This document shows positions 53,767 through 63,559 of a stretch of DNA of 64,000 nucleotides, piece by piece. How positions within the stretch are numbered: the first letter of the stretch is position 1; each line of letters starts with the position of its first letter. The DNA is from Candidatus Moraniibacteriota bacterium (GTDB lineage Bacteria; Patescibacteriota; Minisyncoccia; Moranbacterales; UBA1568): contig JBAXOD010000002.1 of NCBI GenBank assembly GCA_037133435.1, forward strand, positions 23,545 to 87,544, read 5' to 3'. Below the pieces are notes generated by a model. It saw nothing but the letters and a program-made list of their open reading frames with translations. It searched no databases and was not told the origin of the DNA. The position numbers and the translations under genes are program-made.

Positions 53767-54104
53767 CAATCATTATTTTCAAAAGTTGCGAGTGAGTGCC
53801 CCGTACTTTCTTCCTGTTCCCCTGCCAGAGGAGGATTATCTGACAACAAGGAAAATGATCCGTTGAGTCTTCGAAACTGAAGGTTGGGAGAAATTCCCCG
53901 CATCCTTGACTTGCCACGGCCTCCGCGGCTTCGCAAAGACCGAAGGTATCACGCTCCCGTTCCCTGCTATCTGCTCAATGTTATCTGCTCCCTGATCCCT
54001 GACTCATGTTCCCTGTCTCATGTTATCTGTTCTCTGTTGTCAGTAGTTAGTTGTAAGTTGTCAGTGGTTAGTTGTCAGTTATAGGTTATCAGTCGTCAAT
54101 TCTT

Positions 54105-54785
54105 CTACAACACCTCCACGGTCTTCGGTTTGCGCGCCGTGAAAGAATACAGCCGCGCCGGGCGACTCTGTCCCGACTGGCGGACTTTCCCTGTTTCTTT
54201 GACAAGTTCGATATCCAAGATCTTCTTGCGAAAATTCCGCTTGTCGAGCTCGTGCCCGAGAATGATCTCGTAGACGGTCTGCAGTTCGGTCAGGGTGAAT
54301 TCCTTGGGCAGGAGTCCGTACGCGATATTGGAATATCCGATTTTGCTTCTGAGCCGATCGACGCCGACTGAGACGATCTTCGCGTGATCGAACGCCATCT
54401 TCGGCAAATGCGCCGTATCGTGCCAGGCGATATCGGAATAATATTCGATGGTCGAGGGAAGGCACCGGTCGCTGTTCACGAGCGCGAAATATGCCGTCGA
54501 GACACTCCGCCCACGAACATCACGATCCACACCTCCAAACGTGAATAACTGTTCCAGATAAATATCATCGACACCGGCCTTTTCCGAAAGGATTCGTTCC
54601 GCGGCCTGATCGAGGGATTCATCCATACGGACCAATCCGCCGGGCAACGCCCATTTCCCTTCGTAGGGACCGCTGCCGATCCGGATAAGCAACACCCTGA
54701 GCGCTCCGTCGATGACGGAAAAAATGGCGGTGTCGACCGCGATCAGTATCGACTGGCCGAGTGGCGGCGTGACATTTTTTTTCAT
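54105..54785 (-). CDS. nrtR: NrtR-type Nudix-related transcriptional regulator of NAD metabolism
   Basis: N-terminal degenerate Nudix domain (GKWALPGGLVRMDESLDQAAERILSEKAG) plus C-terminal winged-helix region; flanked by nadM/nadV. Confidence 0.7.
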   Translation of the reverse strand: MKKNVTPPLGQSILIAVDTAIFSVIDGALRVLLIRIGSGPYEGKWALPGGLVRMDESLDQAAERILSEKAGVDDIYLEQLFTFGGVDRDVRGRSVSTAYFALVNSDRCLPSTIEYYSDIAWHDTAHLPKMAFDHAKIVSVGVDRLRSKIGYSNIAYGLLPKEFTLTELQTVYEIILGHELDKRNFRKKILDIELVKETGKVRQSGQSRPARLYSFTARKPKTVEVL

Positions 54786-54907
54786 ATGGGTAGCGTAAAA
54801 AGAAGAAGTGTACCGCCTACAGCATACCCCGACACTCGAACCGAGGTCAATCAGGCGACGCAATCCTTCTCAACACCTCCCTGCTCACGGCATTTGACAC
54901 AATTTTG

Positions 54908-54930
54908 TTAGTGTGTATAATACACTTAGT
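54908..54930. promoter_or_regulatory. Candidate NrtR operator 1: ttagtgtgtataatacacttagt with perfect 13-bp palindrome GTGTATAATACAC overlapping a TATAAT box
   Basis: Direct reading; in divergent nrtR-nadM intergenic region. Confidence 0.45.
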
Positions 54931-55082
54931 TGGTTCACAGGAAGGACGCGCGCGAGAATCGGCGCGGGACGGTCGTACGGCAACCGACGGGACCCATTTC
55001 AGTTCCCGGCTTCGCTGCCAACGATGACCGTCCCGCCCGCATTCTCCCGCCGGTGCCTCGGCATCGGTATGCTTGTCCTTAC

Positions 55083-55100
55083 TTAGTGTATATAAAACAC
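55083..55100. promoter_or_regulatory. Candidate NrtR operator 2: ttagtgtatataaaacac, 45 bp upstream of nadM2 start
   Basis: Shares ACTTAGTGT(G)TATA with site 1. Confidence 0.35.
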
Positions 55101-55142
55101 GATGTGTACGTTCACAATCAACCAAAAAAACAGGAGACCGTT

Positions 55143-56048
55143 ATGAAACGTCTTGCCGTCATTATCGGCCGATTCCAGGTCGCCCTTCTTCACGAAGGAC
55201 ACCGGCATCTCATCGAAACCGCGCGATCGGAAGCCGATTCGGTGCTCATCCTTCTCGGAAGCACCCCGGCACTCCCCTCGTCACGCAATCCGCTTCCCAT
55301 CCATATCAGAAAGGCTATGATCCACGAAACGTATCCCGATGTCCGCATCGAGGAACTTCCGGATCACCCGTCCAACCGCCTGTGGTCGGAAAGTATAGAC
55401 GAGATGATCTCGGAGCATTTTCCCGATCATACCGCCCGACTGTACGGCTCCCGGGACAGTTTCATTCCATGTTACGAAGGTTTCCTGCCGTGTGTTCTCG
55501 TCCCTCCGGCCGTCGCGCCGTCGGGAACGGAACTGCGCTCAGACATATCCGCCGTAAACCGTGACGGTCAGGACTTCCGCGCCGGCATCATCCACGCGCA
55601 GACCCTTCGTCTGCCGATCTCCTATCAGACCGTGGACATAGCGGTCATCAGACATCCGCAGAACGAGGTCCTCCTCGGAAGGAAACGTCATGACGGGGAC
55701 CGGTTCCGCTTCATAGGCGGTTTTGCTGACCCGATGGACGTTTCGCTCGAAGCGGCCGCCATGCGCGAACTGCACGAGGAGGCGGGTCACGTGGACTGCC
55801 ACGAGATCGACTATCTCGGATCGTTCCGTATTCCGGATTACCGGTACCGCTGCGAGGAGGATCAGATCATGACAGCCTTTTTCGCGACCTACCACCTCGG
55901 CGGGGCACCGAGGGCCGGTGACGATCTCGACGAAGTCGCCTGGATCCCGATCGTGGAGATCGAATCGCTCATCGTCGAGAATCATCTGCCGCTGGCGAAA
56001 CGACTGGTCGCGTACATCAATCAAAAGAAAAACGGAGCACGATCATGA
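55143..56048 (+). CDS. nadM: Bifunctional NMN adenylyltransferase / Nudix hydrolase (NadM-Nudix), second paralog
   Basis: GRFQVALLHEGH; Nudix box GGFADPMDVSLEAAAMRELHEEAG; collinear with 52825-53715. Confidence 0.75.
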   Translation: MKRLAVIIGRFQVALLHEGHRHLIETARSEADSVLILLGSTPALPSSRNPLPIHIRKAMIHETYPDVRIEELPDHPSNRLWSESIDEMISEHFPDHTARLYGSRDSFIPCYEGFLPCVLVPPAVAPSGTELRSDISAVNRDGQDFRAGIIHAQTLRLPISYQTVDIAVIRHPQNEVLLGRKRHDGDRFRFIGGFADPMDVSLEAAAMRELHEEAGHVDCHEIDYLGSFRIPDYRYRCEEDQIMTAFFATYHLGGAPRAGDDLDEVAWIPIVEIESLIVENHLPLAKRLVAYINQKKNGARS

Positions 56049-57424
56049 ACAACGTTGAAAACATAATCCTTCTGACCGACAGCTACAAGCCGTCGCATTG
56101 GAAACAGTACCCCAAAGGGACCACGGACATCTACGGGTTCCTCGAAAGCCGCGGCGGCGAGTTTCCCGAGATCCTTTTCTTCGGTCTCCAGTATTTCCTG
56201 AAGAGATACCTCGCCGGTCCGGTCGTATCCGGAGAAGATATCGCTGAAGCCCGCGAAATCTTCGCGGCACATTTCGGAAACGGCGCGATCTTCAACGAAG
56301 CCGGATGGAAACGGATCGTCGAACGTCACGGCGGGCATCTGCCCGTACGGATCAAGGCGGTGCCCGAAGGGACGGCCGTTCCGAACTCGAACGTGCTCAT
56401 GACCGTCGAAAGTACCGATCCGGAAATGGCCTGGCTCCCGAACTACCTCGATCCGCTCCTGACAGAGCTGTGGTATCCCAGCACCGTCGCGACCCAAAGC
56501 AAGGCGATGAAGAACATCATCCTCGAATACCTCGAGGAAACCGGCGACCCCGCTTTGATCGACTTCAAACTCCATGACTTCGGGTTCCGCGGTTCGACCA
56601 GCCCGGAATCCGCCGGTATCGGGGGTGCCGCACACCTGGTGAACTTCATGGGAAGCGACAACCTCCCGGCGATCCGCATGCTGCGACGTCTCTATGCCGA
56701 GCAGATGGCCGGATTCTCCATCCCTGCAGCGGAACACAGTACGATAACGTCGTGGGGGAAAGATCACGAAGTGGACGCGTTCCGGAACATGCTCGAGCAG
56801 TTCCCCGAAGGGCTCGTTGCGGTCGTCTCCGACAGCTACGATATCTTCAAAGCCTGCCGCGAACTCTGGGGCGGAGAACTCCGGGAGAAAGTCCTCGAGA
56901 GGAACGGCGCACTCGTCGTACGGCCCGACAGCGGGGACCCCGCCACGGTCGTCGTCGAGGTACTGAACATCCTCGGTGAAGCCTTCGGCACGGAAACGAA
57001 TCGTAAGGGCTACAGGGTGCTCGACCCGCACGTCAGGGTCATCCAGGGAGACGGCATCGATCTCCGCTCGCTTCCCGTGATCCTGTCGCACATGAAGAAA
57101 AACGGGTGGTCCGCCGACAACGTCGCCTTCGGTTCGGGCGGCGGCCTTCTCCAAAAGGTGAACCGCGACACGAACCGTTTCGCGTTCAAATGTTCCGCGG
57201 CGAAGATCGACGGCGTCTGGAGGGAAGATATCATGAAAGACCCGGTCACAGATCCCGGAAAGAAATCCAAGTCGGGCAGGATGAAACTCATCCGTGAAAA
57301 CGGCACGTTCAGGACCGTGTCCGAAAATATACCCGGCGAGGATCAGCTCGTCACGGTGTTCGAGAACGGCCGAATCCTCAGGGAATGTTCGCTCGCGGAA
57401 ATCCGTGAAAGGGCGAATGCCTGA
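56045..57424 (+). CDS. nadV: Nicotinamide phosphoribosyltransferase
   Basis: N-terminal ILLTDSYKPSHWKQYPKGT typical of NAMPT/NadV; 459 aa; ATGA overlap with nadM2. Confidence 0.8.
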   Translation: MNNVENIILLTDSYKPSHWKQYPKGTTDIYGFLESRGGEFPEILFFGLQYFLKRYLAGPVVSGEDIAEAREIFAAHFGNGAIFNEAGWKRIVERHGGHLPVRIKAVPEGTAVPNSNVLMTVESTDPEMAWLPNYLDPLLTELWYPSTVATQSKAMKNIILEYLEETGDPALIDFKLHDFGFRGSTSPESAGIGGAAHLVNFMGSDNLPAIRMLRRLYAEQMAGFSIPAAEHSTITSWGKDHEVDAFRNMLEQFPEGLVAVVSDSYDIFKACRELWGGELREKVLERNGALVVRPDSGDPATVVVEVLNILGEAFGTETNRKGYRVLDPHVRVIQGDGIDLRSLPVILSHMKKNGWSADNVAFGSGGGLLQKVNRDTNRFAFKCSAAKIDGVWREDIMKDPVTDPGKKSKSGRMKLIRENGTFRTVSENIPGEDQLVTVFENGRILRECSLAEIRERANA

Positions 57425-57435
57425 AACGGGAAACG

Positions 57436-57478
57436 AAAAAGCGTTCCGAGAACCATCGGGACGCTTTTCTTATTTTTC
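57436..57478. terminator. Bidirectional terminator between nadV and pcrA
   Basis: aaaaagcgttccgagaaccatcgggacgcttttcttatttttc. Confidence 0.5.
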
Positions 57479-57485
57479 ACGGCGG

Positions 57486-59759
57486 TCAGACCTTCCGGAG
57501 CGGTGCCATGCCGAGCATGAGTTTTTTCACGCCGACACGCTTGAACGCTATGGTAGCGATCGTTCCCGATATCGAGATGACGACGCCGCCACCGAATTCC
57601 GGATGTTCCACCTCGTCGCCGGGACGCAGGTTCTTCTCTTTCGGCGCATCCTTCGAGGAAGCGGCGACACTCTGATCCTTTCGCCGCGAAGCGTCCGCCC
57701 GAAATACCGACGCCTTCTGTCCGCCCGAAAACGCCCCATATTTCCCCGTTTTTCGCTGACCGGATCCGGACAACAGCGACGGCATCTCGTCCTCGATGAC
57801 TTCCTGAAGCAGATGTGCGGGAATCTCGCCGACGAATCGCGACGCCGGATTCACGTTCGTCGAACCGAACAGCATCCGCGCCTCGGCGGAAAGCAGATAG
57901 AGCCGTTTCTTGGCCCGCGTGATACCAACGTACATGAGCCGTCGTTCCTCCTCCAGGTCTTCCTCGGAAAACGCGCTCCGCGAATGCGGGAAGACGCCCT
58001 CCTCGAGGCCCACGATAAACACGGTCGGGAATTCGAGTCCTTTGGCGCTATGCAGCGTCATAAGGTGCACCGCTTCCGCCTTGCTGTCGATGGAATCGGT
58101 GTCCGACGAAAGCGCCACTTCCTCGAGAAACGCCGAAAGTGCGTCCGCGAGCGGACGATCCTCGTATTTTTTCGCGACGCTGAACAGCTCGCGCACGTTC
58201 TGTTCACGTTCCTCGCCCTCGGTGGTCCCATCACGAAGCGACAGCAGGTACCCGGACTCGGTCGCGAGCTCCTTGAGGATTTCCGAGAAAGTAAGCGTCG
58301 GTGTATCGGAAACGACTTCGGTCCGAAGATGCGAGAAAAGCGACGCGAACGTCTTCAGGATAAGGATCTTCTTGTCCGGGATACCGCTGTCATTGGTGAT
58401 TCCTGAAACCGCGGCCAGGGGATCCGTCCCGACCCGGTCCGCCGCTTCGGCCCATTTCGCAAGCGTCACGGAACCGATACCGCGTTTCGGTTCGTTGATG
58501 ATCCGCGAAAGTGCGATCATGTCGCGCGGATTCTGCAACAGCCGCGCGTACGAGATGACGTCCTTCACCTCCTTGCGCTGGTAGAACTTCAGTCCTCCGA
58601 CGATACGATACGGGATGGAATATCGGAGAAACGCCTCTTCGAGCGCGCGGGATTGCGCGTTCGTACGATAGAGCGCGGCGAAATCCCCGAAACGGACCGC
58701 TTCGCCTTCACCCGCAAGCTTGATCGTGCGGGCGACGAATTCGGCCTCGGCCGTCTCGTCGGAAAGCGTTCTCGCCACGATGAGTTCCCCTTCCTTTTCT
58801 TCCGTCCAGAGTTTCTTCTCTCGCTGGTTCCGATTCTTCGCGATGACGCTGCCGGCCGCGTCGAGAATGATCTGCGTCGATCGGTAGTTCCGCTCGAGCG
58901 TGATGACTTCCGCGTCCGGATAATCCTTCTCGAACTCGAGGATATTGCGGATGTCTGCCTGTCGCCACCGGTAAATGGATTGGTAATCGTCGCCGATCAC
59001 GAAGACGTTGTGATGTTTCTTGGCGAGCAGGCTGATCAGCCGGTACTGCAGCGGGTTGGTGTCCTGATATTCGTCCACGAGGATATACCGGAACAGCTCC
59101 TGATACCGCGAGAGCGTCTCCGGCGATTCCTCGAAAAGTCTCACGGTCAGCCGCAACAGGTCATCGAAGTCGAGGCTCTCCGTCTTCAGGAGTTCCGCCT
59201 CATACCGCTGATAGACCCGGGCGACCAGTTCCTCGTAGTAGCTGCCCGTTCGGCTGGAATAGGCATCCGCGTCGAGCGACTCCCCCTTGGCTCGCGAGAT
59301 CGCCTCGAGCACGGAACGCGGTTTGATCTGTTCCTCGTTCATCTCGAGTCCCTTCATCGCCGCCTTGACGATGCTTATCTGATCATCCGCGTCGAGGATG
59401 TTGAAGCGCGGGTCACGGCCGATCTTCGCGATATCGTTACGCAAGATCTTCGCCGAGATGGCATGAAAGGTACCGATGTGCGGCATGCCGCGAAACGAGA
59501 TCGGATCCGCGCTCTCCTCGGCCGCGGTCGCCAAAAGCGCCTCGACCCGGTCGCGCATCTCGCCGGCGGCCTTGTTCGTGAACGTGACCGCAAGGATATT
59601 GCGCGGCGAAATACCCTTCTCGGCGATGAGATAGGCGATACGATGCGTGAGTGTCTTGGTTTTGCCAGATCCCGCCCCGGCGAGGATGAGTGCCGGCCCT
59701 TCGGTACGCAAAACGGCTTTCTTCTGCTCCGGATTGAGCCCTTTTTCCCAAAATTTCAT
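57486..59759 (-). CDS. pcrA: ATP-dependent DNA helicase PcrA/UvrD
   Basis: LNPEQKKAV...ILAGAGSGKTKTLTHRIAYL (motif I), DEYQDTN (motif II), VGLEEGVFPHSRS, 757 aa. Confidence 0.85.
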   Translation of the reverse strand: MKFWEKGLNPEQKKAVLRTEGPALILAGAGSGKTKTLTHRIAYLIAEKGISPRNILAVTFTNKAAGEMRDRVEALLATAAEESADPISFRGMPHIGTFHAISAKILRNDIAKIGRDPRFNILDADDQISIVKAAMKGLEMNEEQIKPRSVLEAISRAKGESLDADAYSSRTGSYYEELVARVYQRYEAELLKTESLDFDDLLRLTVRLFEESPETLSRYQELFRYILVDEYQDTNPLQYRLISLLAKKHHNVFVIGDDYQSIYRWRQADIRNILEFEKDYPDAEVITLERNYRSTQIILDAAGSVIAKNRNQREKKLWTEEKEGELIVARTLSDETAEAEFVARTIKLAGEGEAVRFGDFAALYRTNAQSRALEEAFLRYSIPYRIVGGLKFYQRKEVKDVISYARLLQNPRDMIALSRIINEPKRGIGSVTLAKWAEAADRVGTDPLAAVSGITNDSGIPDKKILILKTFASLFSHLRTEVVSDTPTLTFSEILKELATESGYLLSLRDGTTEGEEREQNVRELFSVAKKYEDRPLADALSAFLEEVALSSDTDSIDSKAEAVHLMTLHSAKGLEFPTVFIVGLEEGVFPHSRSAFSEEDLEEERRLMYVGITRAKKRLYLLSAEARMLFGSTNVNPASRFVGEIPAHLLQEVIEDEMPSLLSGSGQRKTGKYGAFSGGQKASVFRADASRRKDQSVAASSKDAPKEKNLRPGDEVEHPEFGGGVVISISGTIATIAFKRVGVKKLMLGMAPLRKV

Positions 59760-59929
59760 AGTATATGTCTTTTGCCAGCGGTCCGTCGATCACTTCAGTG
59801 TAGCATGCGGCTCAGAAGCGGGAAAATTCCATCATCATGGTATAATGATGCTGATAATCATAACTTCCGTTCGTTGTCTTGACCTTCGTTGAGAAAACCC
59901 GACGAATATCGTCCGTAAAACCAAAACGT

Positions 59930-60367
59930 ATGAACCCGTTTCACCCCTATCTGGTCTTCCTGATCCCGCTTCTGGTGGGCGTCGGGACACAGGCCGTCAA
60001 ATTTCTCATTTTCACGGGCAAACACGGTTGGAAACCGGAGTACATGTTCACGCACGGGCACATGCCGTCGGCACACACCGCGTTCGCGGTCTCGCTCGCG
60101 ACGAGCGTCGGCTGGTACGAGGGGGTCGGGTCCGGATCGTTCGCCGTCGCCGCCGCGCTTGCGTTCATTCTCGTGGACGACGCCGCCCGCATCCGCATGT
60201 ATCTCGGTGACCAGGGCCGTTACCTCAATATGCTCGTCGAACAGCTCAATATAGACGGGAGCAAATTCCCCCGCCTCAAGGAACGTGTGGGACACCGCGT
60301 GAGCGAGGTCATCGTCGGCGGCGTGATCGGTCTCGTCGCCACCGTCATCCTCGCGGGGATACTGTGA
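59930..60367 (+). CDS. Divergent PAP2 family (DUF212) membrane protein
   Basis: THGHMPSAHTAF (HGGMPSSHSA-type motif), 4 TM. Confidence 0.6.
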   Translation: MNPFHPYLVFLIPLLVGVGTQAVKFLIFTGKHGWKPEYMFTHGHMPSAHTAFAVSLATSVGWYEGVGSGSFAVAAALAFILVDDAARIRMYLGDQGRYLNMLVEQLNIDGSKFPRLKERVGHRVSEVIVGGVIGLVATVILAGIL

Positions 60368-60741
60368 CGCGACATGTTTTTCAAATTTCCCGAAATCGAA
60401 ACGGACTCCGTATGGAGTCCGTTTTCGTATGAAATATCTTCGACCGAATCAGGCCGCCTGATGACGATCGAAATTTTCAAAAGCCGAGTTCTCGATAACC
60501 TCTTCGAGATAGGCGCCGTTTTCATCGCCAGGTCGGGGATTGAATTCATGAGCGAGATCAATCTCGGTTTCACCTTCTACCCCATTCGGGCCGTCGGCTG
60601 CGAGAAAAAAATTCGTCTCGTCGTCCTCAAAAAGTTTCTTCTTACCATCGACAGGCAGCTCATCAGAAGAAACGGGGTTTTCTCCAAAGGATCCGAACTC
60701 TATACGATTTGATTTACAAGTTAGGTTCCGAAACCGATCGA

Positions 60742-60897
60742 TTACAACAGACCCATGTTGCCGAACAGGGTGAGTGTGATCACCGGCATGAGCGCCAGGA
60801 GAAACGCGAACGCGATTTCCTGATCCGCCGCCCGTCTCGAACATTCGATACACTGCGAGCATCCCGCGTGCTTGTGCACCTCGTCCGACCCGATCAT
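60742..60897 (-). CDS. Candidate small CxxC membrane protein (51 aa)
   Basis: GGAGGAGAAAACA-ATG SD/start; MIGSDEVHKHAGCSQCIECS + C-terminal TM; not in ORF track (too short). Confidence 0.25.
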   Translation of the reverse strand: MIGSDEVHKHAGCSQCIECSRRAADQEIAFAFLLALMPVITLTLFGNMGLL

Positions 60898-61029
60898 TGT
60901 TTTCTCCTCCATATCTTTGTCTTACGATTTAACGCGTAAAAAGAAAACGGGGACCCCATATATTGGGTCACCCGTTTCGCTCTTACCTAGGAAGTATACT
61001 CCATTTTTCAGCAAGAGTCAAATGTCCGA

Positions 61030-62395
61030 ATTGAGACACAATTAATGTAACTATTGACCCCATCAATGAGACATCCAGAATGTAATGTTCCTAATCATCG
61101 GACGTTACATTCAATATGATGAGCAAACAAGCAAGAATCGAGTATATCAGGGAGATCAAACCGGCATACTTGAAGACGTTGAGACGAGAAAAGACCGAGA
61201 AGCTTGATGAGGCGGTACGACTCACTGCGTATAACCGAAGCTATCTCATCCGACTCCTGTCCCCGAAGACGGATCTCGTGAAGCGTGAGCGGGCGGGAAA
61301 GCGGGCTGGGAGGCGATGGCGATACGACACGAGGCTGATTGTTGTTTTGACGAAGATCTGGACGCTTCTCGACTATCCCTGCGGACTCAGGTTGAAATCA
61401 ATGCTTGCTGAGATGATACGCGTTCTCAGACGATGCAAAGAGATTGAATTGAGCGATGAAGAGGAATCCGTGCTTTTAAAGATCTCCTCACGTACCATCG
61501 ACCGAAGATTGAAACGGGAGAAGGAGATACAGAAAGTCAAAAACAAGAAAGGATTCTGTACGACGAAGCCGGGAACGTTGAAATCGAAGATTCCCCTGCG
61601 AAGAGGGCATGAGTGGGAGGAAAATGTCCCTGGGTTTTTGGAAATCGATACGGTGGCACACAATGGCGGAGACCCCTCCGGATTGTTCATATATACGCTT
61701 AATACGACGGATATATACTCGGGATGGACTGAGAGCGTTGCCTGCCTCGGAAAGAGCCAGTATGCTGTGATTGAGACTGGGTTCAAAGGAACACTCATTC
61801 CAGACTTTCCGTTTTCGGTGCGAGGTGTCGATGGAGACAGTGGCGGAGAGATCATCAACGAACTCCTCTTCCGGTATTGCAAGGAGAACGGAATCGTCTT
61901 CACCCGTTCCCGTCCGTATCATTCCAATGATGGCTGTCATATCGAGGAGAAGAATTGGACGCATGTCCGGAAGATTATCGGATATGGTCGATTGGAGTCG
62001 GAAGAGGAAGTATCGGCACTCAATGACCTCTATCGGAACGAACTTCGTCTGTACCTGAATTTCTTCCAACCACACATGAAGTGCGTCAGGAAGGAATTCA
62101 CCGGAAAGCACGCCAAACGGACCTATGAGATCAAGACGCCGTATCAGTGGCTCATGGAATCGGATGATATTTCAGAAGAACGGAAGAAATCGCTCCGTGA
62201 CTGCTATGAAAGTCTGAATCCTGTTTTATTGAAGCATGCGATTGAGAAAAAGTTGTCGGCGATCGGAAACCTTTCAAGAAATCTAACTATGGAACCCCGA
62301 TGATTCGATTACATTTCTGAATGTCTCAATGAATGGGCTTCACTTACATTTCTAGATGTCTCAATGCGAGTGTTACCGGAATGTTCTCAATTTCG
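61030..62395 (+). mobile_element. IS element with DDE transposase and multiple subterminal repeats
   Basis: Left gagacatccagaatgtaatg (61061-61080) vs right attacatttctgaatgtctc (62309-62329) imperfect inverted repeats, with extra copies of the ACATT(T)CT(G/A)GATGTCTCAATG motif at 61033-61052 and 62340-62368. Confidence 0.6.
61116..62303 (+). CDS. DDE-type transposase/integrase (rve core)
   Basis: N-terminal HTH-like region, catalytic-core-like segment with D (EIDTVAH), D (VDGDSGGE) and E (HIEEKNWTH). Confidence 0.65.
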   Translation: MMSKQARIEYIREIKPAYLKTLRREKTEKLDEAVRLTAYNRSYLIRLLSPKTDLVKRERAGKRAGRRWRYDTRLIVVLTKIWTLLDYPCGLRLKSMLAEMIRVLRRCKEIELSDEEESVLLKISSRTIDRRLKREKEIQKVKNKKGFCTTKPGTLKSKIPLRRGHEWEENVPGFLEIDTVAHNGGDPSGLFIYTLNTTDIYSGWTESVACLGKSQYAVIETGFKGTLIPDFPFSVRGVDGDSGGEIINELLFRYCKENGIVFTRSRPYHSNDGCHIEEKNWTHVRKIIGYGRLESEEEVSALNDLYRNELRLYLNFFQPHMKCVRKEFTGKHAKRTYEIKTPYQWLMESDDISEERKKSLRDCYESLNPVLLKHAIEKKLSAIGNLSRNLTMEPR

Positions 62396-62507
62396 ATAGG
62401 CATATTTCGGATGACTCATTCGACAAAAAATCCGGTATGTCCAAGAATTTATTGGAATGATCACAATATGCGTATCGTATTGATATCTCATGTACCGCGA
62501 CATATCC

Positions 62508-63122
62508 TCAATCTTCCGATCGCTCGATCGATTTCCTCACAAGTCGACCGATCATACCGATGGTCGTCTTATTTTGCAAAGCGAGGGAAAGAACAAGCCA
62601 AAATATCATGGCGAGAACGGTGTACGCGATCGCACCAAACCGATTGCCGGACCGGAACGAAACGAGCGCGAAAAGAACGCTGGACGAGAACACGAACACC
62701 GCTACGTCATTTTGCAGAAGGCTGCGAATCGTACGCCAGACCGCTTTCGGGATACGACATGACCGATATGCGATAACGACGATGATGATGAAAGGGACAA
62801 CGTTGAGAATCCGTCCTTTCTTTTGTCCGATCCTCTGCGGAATCATCCTCACATATTCCGCGAGCAGGTGTTGGAAGCCGCGCGATATACCGAACGATTC
62901 GAAACGATCCGATATCCACTCTTTCATGGGAAAATAAATTCCGCTTGATCCGCCGAGATAGTGAAAAAAGTCGGAAAAGACCGCGATAACCGACCACCAG
63001 ATGATGATCCAAAACATGGTCCGAAACGCCATATCGGCCGTTTCCCGAACGGCATTCGATCGCACCATCCTGCTGAGGTTTTCTTTCCAGTCATGCGTCA
63101 TAGGCGAGAATCCGATAGTCAT
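62508..63122 (-). CDS. Hypothetical membrane protein
   Basis: 204 aa, ~4 TM; no motif. Confidence 0.4.
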   Translation of the reverse strand: MTIGFSPMTHDWKENLSRMVRSNAVRETADMAFRTMFWIIIWWSVIAVFSDFFHYLGGSSGIYFPMKEWISDRFESFGISRGFQHLLAEYVRMIPQRIGQKKGRILNVVPFIIIVVIAYRSCRIPKAVWRTIRSLLQNDVAVFVFSSSVLFALVSFRSGNRFGAIAYTVLAMIFWLVLSLALQNKTTIGMIGRLVRKSIERSED

Positions 63123-63140
63123 ATCATCCTATTCCTTTCC

Positions 63141-63380
63141 TCATATTTCCGCAACCGAACGTAAATTTCGAACATGCGCCACGATGTGGGAATAAAAAAA
63201 TGGAGCCTGGTCTCGGTCGTTGAACCGGTCCCAAAGCTCCTTCTTCGCATGCTTGCGGTCATAACCGCGTTTTCCCTTTTTCGTCGAGTGTGGCCCTCCC
63301 TTGTGTTTAAGCACATCCACGATTTCCGTCGGAAGTCGATGTTTCAGCTTCCGTTTGTCGATCTTGATTTTCGACGGCAT
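63141..63380 (-). CDS. Small basic hypothetical protein (79 aa)
   Basis: GGAGG SD 6 nt upstream of ATG; Lys/Arg-rich. Confidence 0.4.
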   Translation of the reverse strand: MPSKIKIDKRKLKHRLPTEIVDVLKHKGGPHSTKKGKRGYDRKHAKKELWDRFNDRDQAPFFYSHIVAHVRNLRSVAEI

Positions 63381-63559
63381 GTTGCCTCCTTTTTTTCTTT
63401 GTTTGAAAGAAATCTCGTTTACCTATAAATACACTATCTATATCCAAAAGTCAAGTATAATTTTTCCGGAATAGCTCGAGATTCATCAAAGTCCCCTTAT
63501 GTGTGAAAATGTCTCCCTAATCGGAAAGCTCTTTCGTTGGCCGGAAAAATCGAAAGGTC

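Noticed and set aside
60449-60862. 137-aa minus-strand ORF and 112-aa plus-strand ORF (60374-60712)
   Set aside because: They are mutually overlapping and have no motifs. The minus-strand translation is Gly/Arg/His-rich, and neither has a convincing ribosome-binding site. The better-supported coding candidate here is the 51-aa CxxC peptide.
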